DNA of 15,119 bases from Candidatus Micrarchaeota archaeon (lineage in GTDB: Archaea > Micrarchaeota > Micrarchaeia > Norongarragalinales > SBBD01). Below are positions 7,042 through 13,700 of this stretch, in pieces (the stretch's first letter is position 1; each line of letters begins with the position of its first letter). Where the stretch lies: assembly GCA_038046605.1 (NCBI GenBank), contig JBBSVW010000076.1:1-15119 (forward strand), in the 5' to 3' direction. The position numbers and the translations under genes were made by a program. The notes under the pieces are model-generated. The model was given only the letters and a program-made list of their open reading frames with translations. It was not told the origin of the DNA and searched no databases.

Positions 7042-9831
7042 TTACACCCAAAATGATATCGACATGTCCGACGGCCCCCATACGTACGGCACCAGTGAAA
7101 GCAAATCCACCTGCACGTTCAAATCGGCCGTCAGAATGATGTCTATGGGGTTGCCAATTGTACCAGAAACATTGAGATTGCCGTAGGTAGTTACCAAATT
7201 GAGCTGGTTCAACAGTTGTATGAATGCATTATCGACTGCATTTGTGCCGGGGCTCAAATCCGAGGCATTGACCGGATTCGGGTCGAATTCCGGGAGGTTT
7301 GACCCCACAGCGACGTACGAAAAGCCGTCCCAAACCCCGTCGTGATTATTGTCATAATAAACCGTAACATTCCTCCCGATGCCTTCAGGGAACACGTCCG
7401 TATAAGTTGTGGAAGCCTTCAGCCTCAGCGTGTAAATGACCCTGTCATATTGGGAGCAGATGGGGCTGTTGTAGGAGGTTGAATTGCCCAGCACGTTGTT
7501 CGCGTAATTCGTCTGGTTAACCCCGAAAAGTTCCACCGGCAGATAAACATTGAACGGATCCCCGAGGTTGACATATGCGGGCTCGTTGTAGTTTGAGAGG
7601 TTGAAAATTTCGCGCGGTAGGTTTCCGGTCAGGCTGTTATTGATAGAAACCGCCTTCGTCCAGAAATCGGATGAATAGGCGGTTCTCCTCGCATCCATAA
7701 TTCTCACGGACGGCGGCACGAAGAAGCTGCCATTGCAGGAGGGGAAGACATCCGTTTCCGCATTCAGCGAAATTTCCTTATACCCCGGATCCGGTGTTGC
7801 GGAATCGTATTGGAACTCAATGTAGGAGTCCGGATAGAGGGTGGAATTGGAGCCCTGCACGCTCACGACTTGCTGGAGGAAGGTTACTGTTTTAGTTATT
7901 TCTTTGGCGATATCTTCGTAAATTTGAAGCAATTCCGAATAATTGCTGGAAGAATATGCTTTCCCGCCGGTACAATTTGCAATGGTGCTAAGCAAGCTCA
8001 TGTTTGCATAGGGACCGAAGCCGACGGCGTAGATGGTGATATTGTTTCCGTTCTTCGCGTAGGGCGAAATGCTTCTTGTTTGGCAGGCAAGGTCAATGCT
8101 TTGCTTGTTAGCCTGGCTAGAGGAGCAGGAGGGGGAGTATGATCCGACCGATTCATCTGAATTATCGCATTGGTCAGGATTACCATCCGTCATCAATAGA
8201 ACTGCCCGGATCTTGCTGTATGAGCTGTATGGCGCCTTGGGGGGCAATGCATCCAAAGCGTCCGTTTCAGGTTTTGCTGCGAGGGGCAGTAATCTTGCGC
8301 GTGCCTCTGCGATCGCGCATGCCAAGCATCTCTTCGCTCCTCCCGGAGGATTCGGCACTGCATCAATGACCGTATATAGGGAATTTATATTATTCGTAAG
8401 CGCCTGGTCGGTATTTGAAGGCTGCGGTGCATTATTCCTGTACCCAAAGTGGGATATCCTATTTCCGCTGGTGCCATTTAAAACTACTTCCACGAATTTC
8501 TTTGCTACTGGGCGGGTGCCGTCATAAAGTGTGGCGTTTCCACCTCCGCACGAAGGAAGCGAACCATCGTTTATTAATTTACAAAGTGACATCGAGCCTG
8601 CATTTCCTGTAGTTATTACAGCATCCACGCCTCCTGTACCGTTGCTGAAATTCCCGGCCCTATGCCCAAATCTAAGGGGGTTAGTTGTGCTGCTTATTGA
8701 TGGGTAAGTTAACCCGAAACCGGCAAGCTGTGCTGCAATCGTATCATTGAATATTTTAATATCGTACAAAGTGCCATTGCCCTCCGGAACCTCCCAAATC
8801 GTCGCATTCCCTATCTGCAGGAAGGTCTGCAAATCCGTATAGAGATGCAGCCGGATGGTCATGTTCGTGATGTTCCCAATAACGTAAAACGAATCATAAA
8901 TGTTAGCGGCGCCTTCCGCTCCGGCAAAGTAATACCGGAACATCGGCACCGGCAGGAATTCATCCGTGGAATATTGCACCTTCAAATAGCCGCCGCCGAA
9001 ATACGCGCTGGAGAGCGTGTTGTTCAGGAACCGGAAAGTGAAATTGTTTACCGCTTGATCCTGCACCAAATCAAGGCAGGTCTGGTTTGTAACCGTCCAA
9101 TTGTTAACGCCAAAGCCGCCGGCATTCGTGAGGTTGAAGGTGGCGCAATAATCGTTGTTGATGTACATTGAAAAATTGTCGATCGCATTCACTTCCAAAT
9201 ATATTTTCTGGATAGTCGCGTTGAACGGGATGCCGCGGATGGTCGCCGTGATGTTTCCCTGCCCGATGAATCCGCCGAAGAAGAAATATTTCGAATCCTC
9301 CTTTCCGAAGATTTTTCCCAAGGTCGCAGACGCCGCATAACCCGTGGAGCTCTGGTTCCTCGCAAATCCCGATGCCGCCTTCCTGCTGACCGAGACGAAA
9401 TTCGTGATGTTGATGGCAGTGCTGTTGTAAACCACATCCGAGCCGTTGATGGTGAAGGCCCATTGCAATCCCCTTGGCACCAGCGGTTCTATTAGCATTT
9501 TTGTGATGTTCGCGGCATCCGCCAATTTATCCGCATCCTGTGTTGCCCACAGCCCGCCGAGAACATCCAGGATTGAGGAATTCAGGTCGTTGTCCTTCAA
9601 TACCCCCTCCCTGAAGAGGTTATCGATTACCGGCTCATTGCGGACATGCCTTATTTTCATTTTGGAGAGCACGTCCACCGTATCCTCGGACTGCAGGTGC
9701 AGGTACTCGTACGCCGTTTGCTGCGATGTGTCCCTCGAGGTAAGGACGGAAATCAGGGGGATTGCGGCCAGGATTACCAATAGCGCCAGTATCGCATCAA
9801 TTGTGAACGCTATGCCCTTTCGTTTATCCAT
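7042..9831 (-). CDS. Giant pilin-like vWA-domain protein, tandem paralog of 3169-6912, with degenerate MIDAS and no propeller insert, 929 aa
   Basis: MDKRKG|IAFTIDAILALLVIL. Collinear with the paralog (YLHLQxED, SRKAASGFARN, FFFGGFxGxGN, YFGGGYL, YDSFYV, TLYPxSYIEFQY, GDPF, NPIDII, WGPxDMxISxWV). vWA motifs VLLMTDG, TIYAVGFG and CTGGKAY are retained. Confidence 0.88.
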   Translation of the reverse strand: MDKRKGIAFTIDAILALLVILAAIPLISVLTSRDTSQQTAYEYLHLQSEDTVDVLSKMKIRHVRNEPVIDNLFREGVLKDNDLNSSILDVLGGLWATQDADKLADAANITKMLIEPLVPRGLQWAFTINGSDVVYNSTAINITNFVSVSRKAASGFARNQSSTGYAASATLGKIFGKEDSKYFFFGGFIGQGNITATIRGIPFNATIQKIYLEVNAIDNFSMYINNDYCATFNLTNAGGFGVNNWTVTNQTCLDLVQDQAVNNFTFRFLNNTLSSAYFGGGYLKVQYSTDEFLPVPMFRYYFAGAEGAANIYDSFYVIGNITNMTIRLHLYTDLQTFLQIGNATIWEVPEGNGTLYDIKIFNDTIAAQLAGFGLTYPSISSTTNPLRFGHRAGNFSNGTGGVDAVITTGNAGSMSLCKLINDGSLPSCGGGNATLYDGTRPVAKKFVEVVLNGTSGNRISHFGYRNNAPQPSNTDQALTNNINSLYTVIDAVPNPPGGAKRCLACAIAEARARLLPLAAKPETDALDALPPKAPYSSYSKIRAVLLMTDGNPDQCDNSDESVGSYSPSCSSSQANKQSIDLACQTRSISPYAKNGNNITIYAVGFGPYANMSLLSTIANCTGGKAYSSSNYSELLQIYEDIAKEITKTVTFLQQVVSVQGSNSTLYPDSYIEFQYDSATPDPGYKEISLNAETDVFPSCNGSFFVPPSVRIMDARRTAYSSDFWTKAVSINNSLTGNLPREIFNLSNYNEPAYVNLGDPFNVYLPVELFGVNQTNYANNVLGNSTSYNSPICSQYDRVIYTLRLKASTTYTDVFPEGIGRNVTVYYDNNHDGVWDGFSYVAVGSNLPEFDPNPVNASDLSPGTNAVDNAFIQLLNQLNLVTTYGNLNVSGTIGNPIDIILTADLNVQVDLLSLVPYVWGPSDMSISFWV

Positions 9832-9890
9832 TTTCTCATCCCGAAATTACCGATCCCAAATATACGAATCCATGCCGCATGACCATATGT

Positions 9891-10406
9891 TCATCTCCAA
9901 ACCGCCAATCTCAAATTCACGAATTCCTGGCTCGTATCATTATATTTCAAAATCACCAGCCGCTGCGCATACGCGATTTCCCTTGCATCCGCAGATATGG
10001 TGAAATTGGTAAAATTCACATTCTCATAAAAGACCACGTTCCCGTTCCTGTCACGCATCTCCGCCCCCAGCTGGTAAGCGCCTGCGCCCAGCCGGAATTT
10101 CGCATCGGAATAATTGCTTATCATATAGAGGAAGAAATACCTGCTCTTATTCGCGCTTAGGATGCGTTCTTCACCCTCCACGAGCCCGATGCTCTTCACG
10201 AAGGTATTGTTCCAATTCTCTGGCGAGCCCTTCGTCCTTATCAAAGTATCCGTGGCACTCAATGCGCTCGCCTGCATGTCCCGCGTCCTCTCCTGATTGT
10301 CCACCTGCAGGTTCAGCGAGCCCCACATGGGCGAGATTATCAGCAGGGCGGCTATGAAAATCACTAGCCCCACAATGAAATCGCTGGTAAACAAGCCCTT
10401 TCTCAA
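9891..10406 (-). CDS. Minor pilin-like protein with class III signal peptide, 171 aa (TTG start)
   Basis: AGGTGA RBS 8 nt before TTG. MRKG|LFTSDFIVGLVIFIAALLII with an acidic residue at +5. DTLIRTKGSPENW...SIGLV and the C-terminal LAVW are typical of archaeal pilin-cluster proteins. Confidence 0.8.
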   Translation of the reverse strand: MRKGLFTSDFIVGLVIFIAALLIISPMWGSLNLQVDNQERTRDMQASALSATDTLIRTKGSPENWNNTFVKSIGLVEGEERILSANKSRYFFLYMISNYSDAKFRLGAGAYQLGAEMRDRNGNVVFYENVNFTNFTISADAREIAYAQRLVILKYNDTSQEFVNLRLAVWR

Positions 10407-10592
10407 CTATTTTTTCACCTATTTTTCATAAATATTTTACTGATGGGGGCGGAGCCCGAATGCCTTATTTTCCCTTCCCAGTGCCAGAATGTTTCCCTTC
10501 CTAGCCGCAGATTGATTTTTTGCCGTTATTTCGGTTTTCCCATTCCTTGCCGTTAACATGACTTCTTTCCCAACATGACTTTTTCCATCTTT

Positions 10593-11006
10593 TCACGCTA
10601 TAATTATTTCCCCATTTGTATTATTGATCAAGTTCAGGCCCTGCCTTGCTCCGCCCGTGACATTTGGGGTGAGAAGGGGGAAGCTTTTCGTGTAGTTTTC
10701 GCCGTATATGATGTCCAGCCTTTGCTCATCATTGGTTATGTTTATCGTATAGTTGCTGTTCGAAAGCCCAAAGGGCATGTAAAATTTGGAACTGTACCCA
10801 TCGCCGACTGAAACGGCAATATTGATGTTTATTGCAGCAATCCCCCCGGCCTTATCCGCCTCCAGCGCATCCTGGCTCCTGCGGATTGAGTTCAGCCGGC
10901 TCGCCGCCTCGGCGCTGAAAAGTATGAGGAGCAGAAGCAGGAAGCCGAAGTAAGTAACGAGCTCGATTCCCGCTTGTGCCTTTTTAGGAGGGATAGCCAT
11001 CTTCAT
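10593..11006 (-). CDS. Type IV pilin-like protein with class III signal peptide (Q+1/E+5 type), 137 aa; alternative start 11000
   Basis: KKA|QAGIELVTYFGFLLLLLILF; INIAVSVGDGYSSKFYMP motif. Confidence 0.85.
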   Translation of the reverse strand: MKMAIPPKKAQAGIELVTYFGFLLLLLILFSAEAASRLNSIRRSQDALEADKAGGIAAININIAVSVGDGYSSKFYMPFGLSNSNYTINITNDEQRLDIIYGENYTKSFPLLTPNVTGGARQGLNLINNTNGEIIIA

Positions 11007-11023
11007 CTTTCGCCATCTTGCAT

Positions 11024-11536
11024 TTATTCCGTGATGTTCACAAAATTTGTTTCCGCTTTAATAAGTACCCTAATCCTTCCCAATCGTGTCGGGAGCGAGC
11101 CTGTCACGTTACCAATTGTGACCGCATAAATCTGGCTCACGCCCCCTGCGGTATTCAGCTTGATTAGAACCTCCCTACCCGAGGGATCATTGCCAACGGA
11201 GGTCGATTCGATGTTATCCGGCATATCCAAATCCAGGTAAATGCTAGCCGGGGGCCCTTGCACATAAACGGAATCCGCCGCATCCTTTATTTTATTCACG
11301 GCAACCCGGGCGTAAGTCACATCAAGTTCTCCCTTGGTATCCGAAAGCGATGAATTCACATAAAGCCAAAGCGGCAGGATGATTGCAATTGCAAACCCCA
11401 GCATCACCATGTATTCCATGGCGGCCTGCCCCCTTGTTTTCGTCAAGCGGGTGTGAAAACAAAGTGATGGATTATTATCTGCGGATTTCTCTTTTTCCTG
11501 CCTATGATTGATTGCTTTTTTGCCACTCATTTCCAT
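11024..11536 (-). CDS. Type IV pilin-like protein with class III signal peptide (Q+1/E+5 type), ~170 aa, first gene of the pilin cluster
   Basis: TRG|QAAMEYMVMLGFAIAIILPL; AVNKIKDAADSVYVQGP motif. Start ATG 11536 was chosen for its spacing to the TATA box at 11560-11567; 11530 is an alternative. Confidence 0.85.
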   Translation of the reverse strand: MEMSGKKAINHRQEKEKSADNNPSLCFHTRLTKTRGQAAMEYMVMLGFAIAIILPLWLYVNSSLSDTKGELDVTYARVAVNKIKDAADSVYVQGPPASIYLDLDMPDNIESTSVGNDPSGREVLIKLNTAGGVSQIYAVTIGNVTGSLPTRLGRIRVLIKAETNFVNITE

Positions 11537-11559
11537 TCTTATCAATTAACCTTCCCGGC

Positions 11560-11567
11560 TTTATAAG
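11560..11567 (-). promoter_or_regulatory. Putative TATA box of the pilin cluster (leaderless transcript)
   Basis: CTTATAAA on minus, ~24 nt upstream of ATG 11536. Confidence 0.55.
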
Positions 11568-11648
11568 CAACAGCCTCAAAAGCTGATTTTATCTCACGGA
11601 TGGATCGAATTAAGGTTCCGGGAAAAAACTAAAAATCAGATGGGCAAA

Positions 11649-12050
11649 TCAGGGATTTTTCCTCTTTTCAAAATATTTCATGAAGAAAAGCTCCTTATGG
11701 TTTGTTTCCTTGAATCCAAATGCCTTCCCGATATCCTTGATCTTCATCGCAATTGCGATGTTGCAAATTATTGCCAGCCAAATCAGGACAAAAAGCGCCG
11801 TGACATAGGTCGTTTCGCTTATTGGCAGGAATAGATCGGGTGAAAATGACGAAAGGAAGTTTACTGCAACAATCCCGCTAAGGATTGCCAATAGGAAGCT
11901 GGAATACATGATCCAGGTTATGACCTTTTTCAATAGCTCATCGCTAAGGGCCGCCCTTGCGCCGCGCAGCTCGTAAATTGCAACTGCACTTCCAATCACG
12001 GAAACGGCAAAGAATGCCGCTTCCAAACCCAGGACAAATATCGAAACCAT
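11649..12050 (-). CDS. Small integral membrane protein (about 3 TM helices, basic C-terminal tail), 133 aa
   Basis: AGGTGA RBS 5 nt before ATG 12050 (the track's GTG 12059 is part of the RBS). Three long hydrophobic segments. Confidence 0.75.
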   Translation of the reverse strand: MVSIFVLGLEAAFFAVSVIGSAVAIYELRGARAALSDELLKKVITWIMYSSFLLAILSGIVAVNFLSSFSPDLFLPISETTYVTALFVLIWLAIICNIAIAMKIKDIGKAFGFKETNHKELFFMKYFEKRKNP

Positions 12051-12235
12051 TTTGCTCACCTATCCGTTTGCAAATCCCAATTGTTTTTCCCTAATTTCTT
12101 TCCATTATTTTTTTGGGGGCCAAGCCATTCTAAAAACCATTTCATATTCTTCTTCCTTTCCAAACCATTCCGTATCTGCCATCCAAAACTCATTTTGAAT
12201 CTACCAACCAAAATGATCCCATATGCCCGTTTTCA

Positions 12236-12802
12236 TTATTTGTTCAGGCTTATGACCTTGTCTGAAATCCTGCTAAGGCCGTTCAATATCTCCGATTTCA
12301 TGTCATCCTCGACCGAAAGCATTATCCCCTGCAGGTTCTCAAGCCTGATTTTGCTTGTCAGGAAAAGCGCGAATTTCATGATCTCGTTGATGCTGTTGTA
12401 AACCGTGAGTGTGGATGGGGAATCAAACACGACGACCTTCTTTCCCGGCAAGGCAAGGGCCATCTCGTTCACGGCCATCGCTATGGCCGAGAGGTTGTTT
12501 GGCTGCACATACACCTCATGCTCCGTATGCTTGATGTACTGCTGCGTTAGGGTGGAGATGCAATCTACCGTGTAAATTTTTCCCTTGTCTATCTTGTATT
12601 CGTCATACAGCTTGGTCATCACTGCTGCCGGCCTGATCATGGTGACATATATCACGGAATTCCCCTCGGCGATAAGCGCCTTTAGGAGGGATAGGTTGGT
12701 TTCGAGGTAGCTGTTCGAATCGCTGACAAACATGATGATGTAATTCTCCGGAAGGCCTTTTAGCCCATCTTTCAATTTTTGTGATACGCTATCCGATGCC
12801 AT
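12236..12802 (-). CDS. RecA/KaiC-fold (FlaH-like) protein lacking a Walker A motif, 188 aa
   Basis: Pattern NSVIYVT..RP, IYTVDCIS, KKVVVFDSPSTL..YN...IMKF...L, GIMLS and SDKVI matches the RecA/KaiC-like alpha/beta core. No GxxxxGK[ST] is present. Confidence 0.7.
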   Translation of the reverse strand: MASDSVSQKLKDGLKGLPENYIIMFVSDSNSYLETNLSLLKALIAEGNSVIYVTMIRPAAVMTKLYDEYKIDKGKIYTVDCISTLTQQYIKHTEHEVYVQPNNLSAIAMAVNEMALALPGKKVVVFDSPSTLTVYNSINEIMKFALFLTSKIRLENLQGIMLSVEDDMKSEILNGLSRISDKVISLNK

Positions 12803-12826
12803 ATGGGAATATGGAGGCAGGGTGCC

Positions 12827-12841
12827 TATTTATGGTTTTTC
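12827..12841 (-). promoter_or_regulatory. BRE/TATA-like promoter of the KaiC-fold gene
   Basis: Minus strand GAAAAAC-CATAAATA, ending 24 nt before ATG 12802. Confidence 0.5.
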
Positions 12842-12874
12842 ATGCCCGGAACTTGGTTAAATTCGTTTTATACT

Positions 12875-12890
12875 AAAAATCCCTTAAGTA
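12875..12890 (+). promoter_or_regulatory. BRE/TATA-like promoter upstream of the G-rich non-coding element
   Basis: AAAAATCC-CTTAAGTA; expected start site ~12912-12915, just before the G-rich structured stretch. Confidence 0.4.
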
Positions 12891-12911
12891 TTGAAAAAAT
12901 TATTGATTCAC

Positions 12912-13019
12912 AGAGGTAACTAGGGGGGAGGCGGCGCAATTGAGGGGGTAGGGCGACACGGTAGGGGGATGCTTCCCACTTGGTGTCGGGGCTTAGCCCC
13001 CATGGGGTGTCAGAAACAC
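12912..13019 (+). ncRNA. Candidate small structured RNA or leader containing hairpin element copy B (12943-12988); boundaries approximate
   Basis: Stem CGACAC/GTGTCG with inner GGGGG/TTCCC; second hairpin GGGGC-TTA-GCCCC (12988-13000). Homologous to 3117-3165 with a compensatory change. No known RNA family recognised. Confidence 0.4.
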
Positions 13020-13026
13020 TTTAATA
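13011..13026 (+). promoter_or_regulatory. BRE/TATA-like promoter of the wHTH-ATPase operon
   Basis: CAGAAACA-CTTTAATA, 32 nt before ATG 13059. Confidence 0.45.
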
Positions 13027-13058
13027 CCCGCCAATGATAATAAGTCCGATTCCCTGGA

Positions 13059-13700
13059 ATGGCAAAACTGGACACATCCATCGACCGTCTGGTCGAATAC
13101 ATCAAGATGAAGAAGAGCTGCACTGTGGATGATGTATCCAAAGCGCTTGGCATGGGGGCAAAGCAAGTTGAGGAGCTTTCCGAAATTCTTGCGGAAAGCG
13201 GCCTTATCGATGTGCGGTATGAATTTTCCGGCATCCGGCTATTCCCAAAAATTGTAAAGAAGGAAGGATTGGATGATGCGGCGGGCAAGGCTAAAGTCCT
13301 ATCCGTTGTTGATAGGCTTGAGGGGGTAAAGCGCGAACTTACCGATGCCGAAAACATGTTCATTTTCTCGGGCCGGGATATTATCCGAAAGGTCGAGAAT
13401 GCAAAGGCGCATTTTAGGGAAATCGAAAAATTAAGCTTCCCAAAGGAAAATGCAAAGGAATTAGATGCGAAGATGAACGAGCTGGATTCCTCCCTCCTAA
13501 TATTCGAGGAAAAGATTGCAATCCTGCAGCAGGCAGCAGTTGACATAAAGCAGGAGGTTGATGCATTCAAGGCGCAGGTGCAAATTTTGGATCCCAGCCG
13601 GAAAACCGGCAGGATCAAATTCCCCTCGCTTGGAAATTTCATTCGTAAAATAACCGGAAAAATGAGGCGAAATGCCCAAAACCCAAAGGTCGATGCATGA
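13059..13700 (+). CDS. N-terminal winged-HTH plus coiled-coil protein coupled to the secretion ATPase, 213 aa
   Basis: TSIDRLVEYIKMKKSCTVDDVSKALGMGAKQVEELSEILAESGLIDVRY has a wHTH pattern, followed by a heptad-rich charged region. Its stop overlaps the ATPase start (ATGA 13697-13700). Confidence 0.75.
   Translation: MAKLDTSIDRLVEYIKMKKSCTVDDVSKALGMGAKQVEELSEILAESGLIDVRYEFSGIRLFPKIVKKEGLDDAAGKAKVLSVVDRLEGVKRELTDAENMFIFSGRDIIRKVENAKAHFREIEKLSFPKENAKELDAKMNELDSSLLIFEEKIAILQQAAVDIKQEVDAFKAQVQILDPSRKTGRIKFPSLGNFIRKITGKMRRNAQNPKVDA

Noticed and set aside
3089-7090. Diversity-generating retroelement (VR/TR plus downstream hairpin)
   Set aside because: The repeat is only 29 bp and identical, differences between paralog ends are not adenine-specific, and there is no reverse transcriptase in the window.
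11583-11639. 8-bp inverted repeat CTGATTTT...AAAATCAG
   Set aside because: Short, AT-rich and widely spaced, so compatible with chance.
121-12401. Remaining short overlapping ORFs in the track (e.g. 121-609, 4457-5059, 5372-5839, 8069-8527, 9446-10003, 12081-12401)
   Set aside because: They lie antisense or off-frame to well-supported genes and have shadow-like composition.
12912-13019. tRNA, C/D-box or H/ACA RNA, or a 22-aa peptide starting at ATG 12969
   Set aside because: No cloverleaf/TTCGA loop and no RTGATGA/CTGA boxes. The ATG is not conserved in the homologous copy (ATT).
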